Positions 39,685-53,840 of a stretch of DNA of 64,000 nt are shown here, piece by piece. Under the pieces are notes generated by a model that made no database searches, was not told where the DNA came from, and worked only from the letters and a program-made list of their open reading frames with translations. The DNA is from Eledone cirrhosa (taxonomy: Eukaryota): assembly GCA_964016885.1 (NCBI GenBank), contig OZ024747.1, forward strand, positions 50,096,001 through 50,160,000, written 5' to 3'. Numbering within the stretch: position 1 is the first letter of the stretch; every line of letters starts with the position of its first letter. A program made the position numbers and the translations under genes.

Positions 39685-41209
39685 CTGGGGTCAATAAAAT
39701 AAAGTACCAGTTATGTCAAGGGTTGATGTAATCAACTTTCCCCTTCTCTCAAATTGCTGGGTTTGTGCATAAATTAGAAATCATCATTGCTATAGATCAT
39801 ATGAAGTGTTGTGAGGTTATGATAGTATAACTTACTAGAATTTTTATCAACAGGCTGATGCGTATTTATATGTGTGTGCATGTGTATATATGCATATGCA
39901 TACATCTATATGTATGAGTATATAAATATAAATGTGCAAACACAGACACATTTACAAAAATACACACTCAGACATACATTCACTCAAACACACACTTACA
40001 TTCACACAAACACACTCATACACAGCATAGCAAATGGAACACCAGCCACTGTTTTGCTATAGTTGTTTCACCATCCCCTTCCTTCTTTTTACACACACAC
40101 ACATTGAGTGAAGGAAGGATGGACGGAAGATGCTCAAATTTATATATAGATATAAATTTATATATAGATATATAGATATATAGAAAGTGTTGTAATGTAT
40201 GTGGTTATGATAGTATAGTTTATAGTGTTGTGAGGTATGTGGTTATGGTAGTTTTGGGAAAGCTGGTACCATGCAAATTAGAAAGATAATTTTCAGAAGA
40301 CAGATAATGGACTATGATGTTAGTGCCAAGTTGGCTCTATTACTTTTGGCAGTATTAGTGGAGCGTCAGTCAACATATTTTATGGCATAGAGTTGTTTAA
40401 TATACTGGGGTGGATTTAATCAGCTTTCCTCTTCCCCAAAATTGATGGCCTTGTGCCAATATTAGACCAATATTAGAGTGGACTGAGGACTGCCATTTTC
40501 CTTTTCTGTCAGACGCTCAACAGCTTTTTCAAGTTCTACTTGAAGAGAATGGTGAAAGTGAAGAGAAAAACATCCTCTTCTCCAGTGAATTATATAAAGC
40601 TGGTCAACTGTGGTGAAAACGGTGATAATGCATGGTTGACCTCACAACATAAACTGGACAACTGACGTAAATATGGTGACAGTGCATAGTTCACCTCACA
40701 ACATAAGCTGGTCAGAGAAGGAAAAATCAGAAGAGGTTATTTACTCATGGTGATGAAGGGGTCAGTGGAATTCCTTGATTGTCGGAAGTTTTCCTGTTTC
40801 AGGAGGAGTGTTTATCATCATCAGCATCATCTATACTATGTATACCTCTTTGTTCCTGATCTGTCTCATCCAATTCTTATGTAAATCCCAACACTTTATG
40901 TAACTAATCTTTGTTATGTCTTTCTAATTCAGTGCACTTGGGGGTAAATAAATCATCATCATCATCATCATCATTATTATTATTATTATTATGGATTGGC
41001 AGTATCGGAAGAGGGTCGGATGCCATGCTTTGCAGCAAAGAGTTACGGCCCTTTGTGATGCGAGTTCAAATCCTGCCGAGGTTAACTTTGCCTTTCATCC
41101 TTACGGGGGTCGTCGATAAAATAAAGTACCAGTCATGCACTGGGGTCGATTTAATTGACTTCCCCCTCCCCCAAATTGCTGGCCTTGTGCCTATATAAGA
41201 AACCATTAT

Positions 41210-41500
41210 TTGTAACACTTTTGTTCTGGCAGATATTATACAAATACTATACGAAAAGAGCAAGGCATAACCAATGGCCAAATGTCTTTTGGATGAATCC
41301 TTCTCCTTCCACTTTCCAGCACCCTCTTTAGAATTCTTGCTGTTCCTAGCAAGGCTATTTTCTGCAACAATCCCGTCCTGATGGTAATTCCTAACTTCTC
41401 AAGCCATACATCCAACCTTATATTAACTGCTCTCAGTGTAGCAACCACAATTGGTACCACTTCTACATGCTTGATTCTTCACAGTTGCCTGATTTCTCTT
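41210..41500 (-). mobile_element. R4/Dong-like LINE 3' end, abutting a family B SINE (40993-41210)
   Basis: VPIVVATL...LLQKIALLGTARILKRVLE. Confidence 0.85.
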
Positions 41501-41645
41501 TTACTTATTATTATTATTGGCAGTATCGGTAGAGGGTCGGACGCCATGCTTTGATGTATAGAGTTACGTCCCTTCAGTAAGTGACGGGGATTGATTTAAT
41601 TGACTTTCCCCTCCCCTTCAAACTCCTGGCCTTCTGCCTTTAGTA

Positions 41646-42030
41646 AGGCGGTGGATTGGCAGTATCGGTAGAGGGTCAGATGCCATGCTTTGCAGCAAAG
41701 AGTTACGGCCCTTTATGGTCTGAGTTCAAATCCCGCCGAGGTTAACTTTGCCTTTCATCCTTACGGGGTCGATAAAATAAAGTACCAGTAATGTACTGGG
41801 TAATTGCTGGCCTTGTGCCTAAGATAGAAACAATTATTATTGGCAGTATTGGTAGAGGGTCGGACGCCATCTTTGACGCATAGAGTTACGGCCCTTTCCA
41901 TTCTGAGTTCAAATCCCACCGAGGTTAACTTTGCCTTTCATCCTTATGGGGTCGATAAAATAAAGTACCAGTAATGCACTGGGTAATTGCTGGCCTTGTG
42001 CCAAACGTAGAAACAATTATTATTATTATT
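41646..42030 (+). mobile_element. Two tandem family B SINEs
   Basis: Copies at 41646-41840 and 41841-42030 joined through attattat. Confidence 0.9.
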
Positions 42031-42034
42031 ATTT

Positions 42035-42240
42035 TTTACTTGATGTTATTCAACCAGAATAATTTCCAGCCTCAGATATTCAGGATGTAATGAAGGGTCC
42101 TTGCCGTTCCAAGTAGGCATGCCTTTTGAAAAGTTCCAAAATAGTGGGGTGGGAAGATGGTCTTTAGCCAGCCTTGGTATCTCTTCAAGATAGTACCTAG
42201 TGCTCCCATGTCAATCGGGACAACCTTGATCTTATGACAG
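42035..42240 (-). mobile_element. R4/Dong-like LINE 3' end
   Basis: FQKACLLGTARTLHYILNI-stop. Confidence 0.8.
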
Positions 42241-42259
42241 TTTCAAATCCTTTTCATCT

Positions 42260-43520
42260 ACTACTGCCTGATCATTGTGCCTTGTCTTAAGCCCCATCTG
42301 ACTGCACAGGGGCATTTGCTCTTTCTCTTTTTGTGGAAGGGATGCATTCCGATGGTCAGGTGGTTCATCTTCTGTTAACACCTTCTGTGTGGAGGACTGG
42401 GCAGGCTGTGGCTGATGATGCACAGACATGCGCTGAGGTTGCAACATCTCTATCTCTTCCTTGAACAGGTGTGGTCACATCTCACTAAGCACATTTTTCC
42501 ACAGCTCATCTCTTTGACGGAGCAGCAATCCTGGGTCAAGCAGAGACTAAGAGGGAGCACTTGGAAACTGGAATGTCTTCAAGCGCTCACTGCCCTTTGC
42601 CAACCAGGCACTGCGATCAGTGGAAACTCCACCTTGGTATTCTTTAGAGGGTTAGTGGAGGGCAAAGACAACGATGTTCCTGGGGAAACTCTGGGTGTTG
42701 ATGAAACTAGCTCTTCTCTTCAGGAGGACTTTTGGTCCAGGGCCAATGGATAACTTCCAGAAATCCCAGGCCTGGCAGTGTTACCGGGGAGTATTGCCAG
42801 TTCGAGATAAACGTTACAGGCATGGTAGTGCCATTAGCCAGACCTTTCCGAGATGTGCATTGGGCAACGAGACCGTCCTGCATGCACTTGTCCAGTGTCC
42901 GAGCATTGCTGACTCATGGGTTTATGTTGAACATCTGCGGTCGCATGTAGGAGGGATCCAGCTTTCAGCTGAGTCCATCATGAAGATTGCCCTGCTGCCC
43001 TCCTTTAACCAGGGAGGGCAGGCAGCTTTTATCTGCCTGGTGGCCATGGTAAAAGAGGTTGTATGATTGACATGTCTGGAAGGGTTGAAGACGGGCACTT
43101 TCCTCTTTGGTGACACTCATTAACTTTTTCAGGTTTCACCTAAAAAGGAAAATCAGGGTGGAGAGGGAAGTGCTGCCTTGCAGCCAGTTTATTGAAAGGT
43201 GGGTGAGAGAGGCAAGAATGGCCCATGTGAATGGGCCTACCCTGAGCGTGTGCCATTAGTATTGTAAGAGGAAAACTGGGAGAGGGTGATTTCCCTAGTG
43301 GTCAGGGTGACTGTGGCTTTTGTTGGCTTTCTTCATGAATAACCCTTGGTGGTCTGCCACCTATTAGGGATTATTCCTTTGTTTCCATTTCTTTGTCACA
43401 TCTTTTGTTTTTGTTTTCCCTTTTTTCATGCAGTAACCCATATTTGTATCGTCATGTACTGTCCTGTGCTGTTCTTAATGTATTTTTTGAAAACCCTTTG
43501 AGGTTAATAAAGAAATTATT
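42260..43520 (+). mobile_element. L1/Tx1-like LINE 3' fragment (zf-RVT region and 3' UTR)
   Basis: AWQCYRGVLPVRDK...RCALGNETVLHALVQCP; T-rich UTR ending aataaa; homologous to 47400-48420. Confidence 0.8.
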
Positions 43521-43543
43521 ATTATTTGTTATGTTTTTTACAG

Positions 43544-43812
43544 AAAAAGTTGCAATAAAAATCTTGGATAAAACTCGTCTTGATTTGAAAACTCAGCGAC
43601 TGTTGTCCAGAGAGATTGAAATTATGGAACATCTGCGGCATCCTAATATTATACGGTTATACGAGGTGGTGGAAACACTAGTCAAAGTACATTTAATCAT
43701 GGAATATGCCCCAGGAGGGGAACTTTTTACCAAATTATCAAATGAGGGCCGACTGACAGAACCTGAAGCAAAATTTATCTTTGCACAGATTCTTTCTGCT
43801 GTTGAACATATG
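43544..43812 (+). CDS. NIM1K: NIM1-like kinase coding exon 2
   Basis: ttttttacag| acceptor; EKVAIKILDKTRLDLKTQRLLSREI...HPNIIRLYEVVET...MEYAPGGELF...AVEHM; |gtaagt donor; 269 nt restores phase 0. Confidence 0.96.
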
Positions 43813-44385
43813 GTAAGTTCTAGTTCTGTGAAGATGTGTAGCCTAGTGATTAAGGTATTGGGCTCATGATAATAAAGTCATGGGTTCTATTCATGGATTA
43901 GGCAGCAGGTTGTATGATGGTTGGCTGAAAAGTTCATAGGCTGACCAAGATACTCTCATAGAATGACCAAATGAAGTGTCCTTTTCAGCATAGTCCCTGG
44001 AAAGAAACAATGATAATAAGAGTTGCATCCAAGATTTCACAGCTTTAACATCACTCCTTCATAGTCAGCCTATGAGAAATTTTCTGTGAGATGCATCATA
44101 GCTCCCATCCTTTCCATCCTTTCCATCACTATTTTATTACTTTTTCTTCTCTTTTTTCTCTCTAATAGAAAAACCAATAGGAACATTATTTTCTTGGTTT
44201 GAACTCAAAATTAGCTTATTTCTCTCCCACTCGTCTTTTTTCTTCCCTAATTTATTACTCTTCTCTCTTCTCTCTCTAATGGAAAGGCCAATGAAGACAT
44301 CCTTGCTCCAATATTATGACTAGCTCCTTCTTCCCCACTTCTTCTCTTCATTAACTTATCCTCATTTTTCTTCTCTTTCTTCCAG

Positions 44386-45126
44386 CACAGCCATTATATC
44401 ATCCATCGAGATTTAAAAGCCGAGAATGTTTTTTATGCTGCTCCATTCTTTGTCAAAGTTGGTGACTTTGGTTTCAGCACAATCTGTCGCTCAGAACAGC
44501 AAGAATTAAATACCTTCTGTGGTTCACCACCTTATGCAGCACCAGAACTCTTCAGGGATGATATCTATTATGGAACATTTGTTGATATATGGGCACTGGG
44601 TATTCTACTTTATTTTATGGTCACTGGTTCTATGCCATTCCGGGCAGAGAATGTTACAAGAATGAAAAAATGCATTCTCAATGGAATGTATGCAATTCCA
44701 ATGTTTGTCTCGGATAGTTGTCATTTTTTAATCCGAGGAATATTGCGATCCCTACCACAGGATAGATTTACTATTGAAGAAATTAAGAATAGTGAGTGGT
44801 TATCGGGGGAAAATTATCCAAAAGCTTTGCCGCCATACAGACTTTGCCCCACCGTTAACCTCACAGAATTAAAAGCAGAGGAACAAGAGACAATTAAGAT
44901 ACTTTGCCAACTTGGGATTACCCAAGATCATCTGAAGGAAGCGATCCGCAAGAACACAAGGAACTCTATAATTGGTGCTTACCGTATTATATTGCATCGA
45001 ATACAGAAGAAGAACCAGGATAAAGATATTTATGCCATTGCAGAGTTTTCTTCCAGATTATTTAAACAACAGGACAATAAGAAGAAAATGAGATCTCATA
45101 TATCAAAACTTTGTACAATTCTTTAG
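44386..45126 (+). CDS. NIM1K: NIM1-like kinase coding exon 3 (terminal)
   Basis: Polypyrimidine tract and cag|; [44 protein letters not shown]; ends SKLCTIL-TAG. Confidence 0.96.
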   Translation, partial: HSHYIIHRDLKAENVFYAAPFFVKVGDFGFSTICRSEQQELNTFCGSPPYAAPELFRDDIYYGTFVDIWALGILLYFMVTGSMPFRAENVTRMKKCILNGMYAIPMFVSDSCHFLIRGILRSLPQDRFTIEEIKNSEWLSGENYPKALPPYRLCPTVNLTELKAEEQETIKILCQLGITQDHLKEAIRKNTRNSIIGAYRIILHRIQKKNQDKDIYAIAEFSSRLFKQQDNKKKMRSHISKLCTIL

Positions 45127-45199
45127 CAACATACAGAATATGGTAGACAGAGACTTTATGGAAGCCATTGCTGTGTGTGTATGTGTGTGCATGTGTATG

Positions 45200-45230
<31 letters not shown>

Positions 45231-46167
45231 ATATGTATATATGTTTGTGTGTGTGTGAAAGTATATATATGTGTGTGTGTGTATATATATGTGTGTGTAT
45301 GTGTGTGTCTATGTTTATATGTTTATATGTACACTGCTTAACAACTGACATTGTGTATGTCCCATAATCTAGAAGTTTGACAAACAGAGATTGATAAAGT
45401 AAGTACTAGGGCTTAAGAAATGATCAACTAAATCATCGAATGTGGTGCCCCATGGTGGCAACGGTCTAATAGTTGAACATAGTACATGGATTGTGATACC
45501 GGGTAAAAGAATGAACACACATGTGCACACAAATACACAATTACCCACATACACACACACATGTACAGAAAATTAACATATACAAGATTTGTATATATAT
45601 ACACACATACACACCCATGTACACATTTCTAACATGTAGAATATACAAACGCACACAAACAAAATGAGTGTATATGTATGTGAGTGTATATATATAAATA
45701 TACATAATATATGTATATGTGTGTGTGTGTGTATATATACACACATATGTGTATATAAATGTATATACACACATATGTATATATATATATGTATATATAC
45801 ACACATATGTATATGTATGTATATACACATATGTATATGTATGCATATACACAAATGTATGTATATGTATATATATATATCAATATTATTGTTCTTGTTA
45901 GTTTTGCTTTTCTTATTCTTTCTATTATAATCATTATTGAAATAATATTAATTATTATATTTATTACGGCTGTGGATTAGCAGTATTGGACAATATGCTT
46001 TGTGGCATATAGCTATGGCCCTTTACGTTTTGAGTGGAAATCCCTCCAAGGTTAGCTTTTTCTTTCATTCTTACAGGATTGATAAAATAAAGCATCAGTA
46101 AGTGACAGGGATTGATTTAATTGACTTTCCCCTCCCCTTCAAACTCCTGGCCTTCTGCCTTTAGTAA

Positions 46168-46361
46168 AGCGGTGGATTGGCAGTATCGGTAGAGGGTCGG
46201 ATGCCATGCTTTGCAGCAAAGAGTTACGGCCCTTTATGGTCTGAGTTCAAATCCCGCCGAGGTTAACTTTGCCTTTCATCCTTACGGGGTCGATAAAATA
46301 AAGTACCAGTAATACACTGGGATAATTGCTGGCCTTGTGCCAAAAGTAGAAACAATTATTA
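46168..46361 (+). mobile_element. Family B SINE
   Basis: Near-identical to 41646-41840. Confidence 0.9.
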
Positions 46362-46949
46362 TATTTCCCTTTGATTTCTCTTTATATGCAATGACTACCA
46401 AGTATCAACTAGATATTTAGGCCAGGTATCTTTGGTTTTCACAATTTTTGATAACTATTTGTTTTATACCATATTCTGTCTTCACATTCACCTAATAAGT
46501 CACATCAGAAAAATTGAGGTAAATAAGTCACAAAAAAAAAAAAAAAAATTGTGAAAACGAATATAGAAAGTTAGGAATCGGAGGAGATAAAAAGAAGTAT
46601 TGACAGTCAATCGACAAGATCCCAGACCTCAGTCGCTTAACAAGTGGGGTGGACCTCGTCAAATCGGACCAAGGAAACAATGCTTTCAATTCTTTCTAAT
46701 TGTTAATATTATCTATCGGGCGCAAATCCAGGCAAAAGGAGCAACGTGAAATAGAGAGTCTTGCTCAAAAACATGGCGCATCACCTAGTCCAGGAATCAA
46801 AATCACAACCTCATGATTGCGATTCCAATTCTCTAACTACTCAGTCACACACCTTGACAAGTATTAAGGAGCATAAAAGATATGAATTAATTTTGTATTG
46901 AGGATATTTGAATGGTATTAAATATTAATTAAATTTGCTCTAAAAATTA

Positions 46950-47150
46950 AACAGAAAAGATTGTGTGTTGACATATATCACAAAGACAAATTTACACACT
47001 ATGTAGGCGTTACTTGTTAGAACTATCTTTTGGATTTCATAGATGCTAGGTTTATCAGGTATGTTTTGTAGAAACTTTTGCACACCTTTCTTTATGACAC
47101 CCAGAGCTCCTATCACTACCAGAATAGTTTGGGTTTTAAGGTGCCACAAT
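46950..47150 (-). mobile_element. R4/Dong-like LINE 3' end
   Basis: WHLKTQTILVVIGALGVIKK...EIQKIVL. Confidence 0.8.
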
Positions 47151-47349
47151 CTGTTTGTTATTGTTATATATATTTTTACATGTTATATGTCCCCGTCTAC
47201 TGTATTGTCCCCTATATGTCGGCCCTTGTGGTCAACATATAGGGGACAATACAGTATAGGGGCCCTTGTGACCAACATATAGGGGACAATACAGTATAGG
47301 GGCCCTTGTGACCAACATATAGGGGACAATACAATAGACAGGGACAGTA

Positions 47350-48420
47350 GGAGTTTACATATATATAATGTGTAAAAATATAAATAACAATAACAAAATA
47401 AAAACAAAAATACAACAATGAAAAATTCCCCAATAGAGGGAATGATCACCCAGGGTTGACTCAGGTACCCCATCAATCCTGAACCACCCGACACTTCGAG
47501 AGCACCCAGGAAGAGCGCCCCTCTCCTCTTCAAATTCACCAGCCTACAGGCGCATGATCAAAGTAGGTCCACTCACACGGGCCATTCTCGCCACATTCAC
47601 CCACCTTTCAGCAAATCTCAGCACTTCTCTCTCCACCCTCAACTTCCTTTCCAAATGAAATTTGAAAAAGTTGATGAGGGATTGGCCAAAGAGAAAAGTG
47701 TCTGTCTTCAGTCCTTTCAACCTGGCCCACCATACAACCTCTTTCGCTACTGCCACCAGACAGAGGAAAATTGCCTGCTCTTCCTGGCCAAAAGAAGGCA
47801 GCAGGTCGATCTTCACTATGGACTCGGTCGATAGCCTGATCTGTTTTACATGTGACAACAGCTGTTCGACATAACTCCACAAGTTAGTAATGCACGGACA
47901 CTGGATGAGTGCATGCAGAACAGTTTTGTCATTCTGCGCATATCTCAGGCAGGTCCATCTGACAGCAATTCCGAGCCTGTAGAGTTTATCTTGAACTGGC
48001 AGTGCCCCCCGGTAACACTGACTAGCGAGGGATTTCTGGAAGTTATCCATTGTCCCCGGCTCGAAAGTCCTCCGGAACAGACTGGTTAGTTCAACTTCGT
48101 CAACACCCAGAGCCTCGCCGAGTGCATCGTTGCACTTGCCCACTACTAATCCTCTATAGAACTCGAGAGTGGAAGTTCCACTGACCGCATCGCCCGCTTG
48201 GTAGAGGGCAGTGAGTGCCTGGCAACATTCCAGGTGCCAGTCACCCAGTCTCGGGCTCTTCTTGACCCAGGACTGCAGCTCAGTCAAAGAGACGAGCTGT
48301 GGAAAGGCCCGTCTGACAAACGGTGACCATACCTGTTCACTAATTAGGCAGAATATCTGGAGATGTGGCAGCCTCAGCACATGATGACCTTGTTGGTTTT
48401 GCAAGGTGTCACAGCATGTT
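47350..48420 (-). mobile_element. L1/Tx1-like LINE 3' fragment
   Basis: 286-aa ORF with MDNFQKSLASQCYRGALPVQDKL...TVLHALIQCP (zf-RVT-like). Confidence 0.82.
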
Positions 48421-48679
48421 TCATAGCGAGGGCTTCTGACTTAAACAGCACCAAAATGGTGCCGTATTGTCTGCCTCTTGCTGTTTTCGGTGTCATCCCT
48501 GATGCACCTCAGCGTGACTTCAACATCTGCTTGTGCAATTAAAGCAGTGCTGGATATAATGCATTATAATACTTTGTTATGCAACCCCACCCTCCCTATC
48601 TTTACATTCTGAGTTCAATTTTCACCAAGGTTCATTTTGTTTTTCAATTGAAATGCAAAATATAATAATGTAAAATGAA

Positions 48680-51600
48680 GAGCTTCATTCAGCCAACACA
48701 CCCTCCCTACCCTTTAGTGGAGGGCTTCATTCAGCCAACACACCCTCCCTACCCTTTAGTGGAGGGCTTCATTCAGCCAACACACCCTCCCTACCCTTTA
48801 GTGGAGGGTTTCATTCAGCCAACACACCCTCCCTACCCTTTAGTGGAGGGTTTCATTCAGCTAACACACCCTCCCTACCCTTTAGTGGAGGGTTTCATTC
48901 AGCTAACACACCCTCCCTACCCTTTAGTGGAGGGCTTCATTCAGCCAACACACCCTCCCTACCCTTTAGTGGAGGGTTTCATTCAGCCAACACACCCTCC
49001 CTACCCTTTAGTGGAGGGTTTCATTCAGCTAACACACCCTCCCTACCCTTTAGTGGAGGGTTTCATTCAGCCAACACACCCTCCCTACCCTTTAGTGGAG
49101 GGTTTCATTCAGCCAACACACCCTCCCTACCCTTTAGTGGAGGGTTTCATCCAGCCAACACACCCTCCCTACCCTTTAGTGGAGGGTTTCATTCAGCTAA
49201 CACACCCTCCCTACCCTTTAGTGGAGGGTTTCATTCAGCCAACACACCCTCCCTACCCTTTAGTGGAGGGTTTCATTCAGCCAACACACCCTCCCTACCC
49301 TTTAGTGGAGGGTTTCATTCAGCCAACACACCCTCCCTACCCTTTAGTGGAGGGTTTCATTCAGCTAACACACCCTCGCTACCCTTTAGTGGAGGGTTTC
49401 ATCCAGCCAACACACCCTCCCTACCCTTTAGTGGAGGGTTTCATTCAGCCAACACACCCTCCCTACCCTTTAGTGGAGGGTTTCATTCAGCCAACACACC
49501 CTCCCTACCCTTTAGTGGAGGGTTTCATTCAGCCAACACACCCTCCCTACCCTTTAGTGGAGGGTTTCATTCAGCCAACACACCCTCCCTACCCTTTAGT
49601 GGAGGGCTTCATTCAGCTAACACACCCTCCCTACCCTTTAGTGGAGGGTTTCATTCAGCCAACACACCCTCCCTACCCTTTAGTGGAGGGTTTCATTCAG
49701 CCAACACACCCTCCCTACCCTTTAGTGGAGGGTTTCATTCAGCCAACACACCCTCCCTACCCTTTAGTGGAGGGCTTCATTCAGCTAACACACCCTCCCT
49801 ACCCTTTAGTGGAGGGTTTCATCCAGCCAACACACGCTCCCTACCCTTTAGTGGAGGGTTTCATCCAGCCAACACACGCTCCCTACCCTTTAGTGGAGGG
49901 TTTCATCCAGCCAACACACGCTCCCTACCCTTTAGTGGAGGGTTTCATCCAGCCAACACACGCTCCCTACCCTTTAGTGGAGGGTTTCATTCAGCCAACA
50001 CACCCTCCCTACCCTTTAGTGGAGGGTTTCATTCAGCTAACACACCCTCCCTACCCTTTAGTGGAGGGTTTCATTCAGCTAACACACCCTCCTTACCCTT
50101 TAGTGGAGGGCTTCATTCAGCTAACACACCCTCCCTACCCTTTAGTGGAGGGCTTCATTCAGCTAACACACCCTCCCTACCCTTTAGTGGAGGGTTTCAT
50201 TCAGCTAACACACCCTCCTTACCCTTTAGTGGAGGGCTTCATTCAGCTAACACACCCTCCCTACCCTTTATTGGAGGGCTTCATCCAGCCAACACACCCT
50301 CCCTACCCTTTAGTGGAGGGTTTCATTCAGCTAACACACCCTCCTTACCCTTTAGTGGAGGGCTTCATTCAGCTAACACACCCTCCTTACCCTTTAGTGG
50401 AGGGCTTCATTCAGCTAACACACCCTCCCTACCCTTTATTGGAGGGCTTCATCCAGCCAACACACCCTCCCTACCCTTTAGTGGAGGGCTCCATTCAGCT
50501 AACACACCCTCCCTACCCTTTAGTGGAGGGTTTCATTCAGCTAACACACCCTCCCTACCCTTTAGTGGAGGGTTTCATCCAGCCAACACACCCTCGCTAC
50601 CCTTTAGTGGAGGGCTCCATTCAGCTAACACACCCTCCCTACCCTTTATTGGAGGGCTCCATTCAGCCAACACACCCTCCTTACCCTTTAGTGGAGGGCT
50701 CCATTCAGCTAACACACCCTCCCTACCCTTTAGTGGAGGGCTCCATTCAGCTAACACACCCTCCCTACCCTTTATTGGAGGGCTTCATCCAGCCAACACA
50801 CCCTCCTTACCCTTTAGTGGAGGGCTCCATTCAGCTAACACACCCTCCCTACCCTTTAGTGGAGGGTTTCATTCAGCTAACACACCCTCCCTACCCTTTA
50901 GTGGAGGGTTTCATCCAGCCAACACACCCTCGCTACCCTTTAGTGGAGGGCTCCATTCAGCCAACACACGCTCCCTACCCTTTAGTGAAGGGTTTCATTC
51001 AGCCAACACACGCTCCCTACCCTTTAGTGGAGGGTTTCATTCAGCCAACACACCCTCCCTACCCTTTAGTGGAGGGTTTCATTCAGCTAACACACCCTCC
51101 CTACCCTTTAGTGGAGGGCTTCATCCAGCCAACACACGCTCCCTACCCTTTAGTGGAGGGTTTCATCCAGCCAACACACGCTCCCTACCCTTTAGTGGAG
51201 GGTTTCATTCAGCCAACACACCCTCCCTACCCTTTAGTGGAGGGTTTCATTCAGCTAACACACCCTCCCTACCCTTTAGTGGAGGGTTTCATCCAGCCAA
51301 CACACCCTCCCTACCCTTTAGTGGAGGGTTTCATCCAGCCAACACACCCTCCCTACCCTTTAGTGGAGGGCCCCATTCAGCTAACACACCCTCCCTACCC
51401 TTTAGTGGAGGGCTCCATTCAGCCAACACACCCTCCCTACCCTTTAGTGGAGGGCCCCATTCAGCTAACACACCCTCCCTACCCTTTAGTGGAGGGCTTC
51501 ATCCAGCCAACACACCCTCCCTACCCTTTAGTGGAGGGCTCCATTCAGCCAACACACCCTCCCTACCCTTTAGTGGAGGGCTCCATTCAGCTAACACACC

Positions 51601-53840
51601 CTCCCTACCCTTTAGTGGAGGGTTTCATTCAGCCAACACACCCTCCCTACCCTTTAGTGGAGGGCCCCATTCAGCTAACACACCCTCCCTACCCTTTAGT
51701 GGAGGGCTTCATCCAGCCAACACACCCTCCCTACCCTTTAGTGGAGGGCTCCATTCAGCCAACACACCCTCCCTACCCTTTAGTGGAGGGCTCCATTCAG
51801 CTAACACACCCTCCCTACCCTTTAGTGGAGGGTTTCATTCAGCCAACACACCCTCCCTACCCTTTAGTGGAGGGCCCCATTCAGCTAACACACCCTCCCT
51901 ACCCTTTAGTGGAGGGCTTCATCCAGCCAACACACCCTCCCTACCCTTTAGTGGAGGGCTCCATTCAGCCAACACACCCTCCCTACCTTTTAGTGGAGGG
52001 CTCCATTCAGCTAACACACCCTCCCTACCCTTTAGTGGAGGGTTTCATTCAGCCAACACACCCTCCCTACCCTTTAGTGGAGGGCCCCATTCAGCTAACA
52101 CACCCTCCCTACCCTTTAGTGGAGGGCTTCATCCAGCCAACACACCCTCCCTACCCTTTAGTGGAGGGCTCCATTCAGCCAACACACCCTCCCTACCCTT
52201 TAGTGGAGGGCCCCATTCAGCTAACACACCCTCCCTACCCTTTAGTGGAGGGTTTCATCCAGCCAACACACCCTCCCTACCCTTTAGTGGAGGGTTTCAT
52301 CCAGCCAACACACCCTTCCTACCCTTTAGTGGAGGGTTTCATCCAGCCAACACACCCTCCCTACCCTTTAGTGGAGGGCTCCATTCAGCTAACACACCCT
52401 CCCTACCCTTTAGTGGAGGGTTTCATTCAGCTAACACACCCTCCCTACCCTTTAGTGGAGGGCTCCATTCAGCTAACACACCCTCCCTACCCTTTAGTGG
52501 AGGGCTTCATCCAGCCAACACACCCTCCCTACCCTTTAGTGGAGGGCCCCATTCAGCTAACACACCCTCCCTACCCTTTAGTGGAGGGCTTCATCCAGCC
52601 AACACACCCTCCCTACCCTTTAGTGGAGGGTTTCATCCAGCCAACACACCCTCCCTACCCTTTAGTGGAGGGCTTCCTCCAGCTAACACACCCTCCCTAC
52701 CCTTTAGTGGAGGGTTTCATTCAGCCAACACACCCTCCCTACCCTTTAGTGGAGGGTTTCATTCAGCCAACACACCCTCCCTACCCTTTAGTGGAGGGTT
52801 TCATCCAGCCAACACACCCTCCCTACCCTTTAGTGGAGGGCTTCCTCCAGCTAACACACCCTCCCTACCCTTTAGTGGAGGGTTTCATTCAGCCAACACA
52901 CCCTCCCTACCCTTTAGTGGACAGCCCCATTCAGCTAACACACCCTCCCTACCCTTTAGTGGAGGGCTTCATCCAGCCAACACACCCTCCCTACCCTTTA
53001 GTGGAGGGTTTCATCCAGCCAACACACCCTCCCTACCCTTTAGTGGAGGGTTTCATCCAGCCAACACACCCTCCCTACCCTTTAGTGGAGGGTTTCATCC
53101 AGCCAACACACCCTCCCTACCCTTTAGTGGAGGGTTTCATCCAGCCAACACACCCTCCCTACCCTTTAGTGGAGGGTTTCATCCAGCCAACACACCCTCC
53201 CTACCCTTTAGTGGAGGGTTTCATCCAGCCAACACACCCTCCCTACCCTTTAGTGGAGGGCTCCATTCAGCTAACACACCCTCCCTACCCTTTAGTGGAG
53301 GGTTTCATTCAGCTAACACACCCTCCCTACCCTTTATTGGAGGGCTCCATTCAGCCAACACACCCTCCCTACCCTTTAGTGGAGGGTTTCATTCAGCTAA
53401 CACACCCTCCCTACCCTTTAGTGGAGGGCTCCATTCAGCTAACACACCCTCCCTACCCTTTAGTGGAGGGTTTCATTCAGCTAACACACCCTCCCTACCC
53501 TTTATTGGAGGGCTCCATTCAGCCAACACACCCTCCCTACCCTTTAGTGGAGGGTTTCATTCAGCTAACACACCCTCCCTACCCTTTAGTGGAGGGCTCC
53601 ATTCAGCTAACACACCCTCCCTACCCTTTAGTGGAGGGCTTCATTCAGCGAACACACCCTCCCTACCCTTTAGTGGAGGGTTTCATCCAGCTAACACACC
53701 CTCCCTACCCTTTAGTGGAGGGCTTCCTCCAGCTAACACACCCTCCCTACCCTTTAGTGGAGGGCTCCATTCAGCCAACACACCATCCCTACCCTTTAGT
53801 GGAGGGCCCCATTCAGCCAACACACCCTCCCTACCCTTTA
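48680..53840. repeat. 42-bp satellite, ~123 copies
   Basis: Unit ttcattcagccaacacaccctccctaccctttagtggagggt. Confidence 0.98.
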
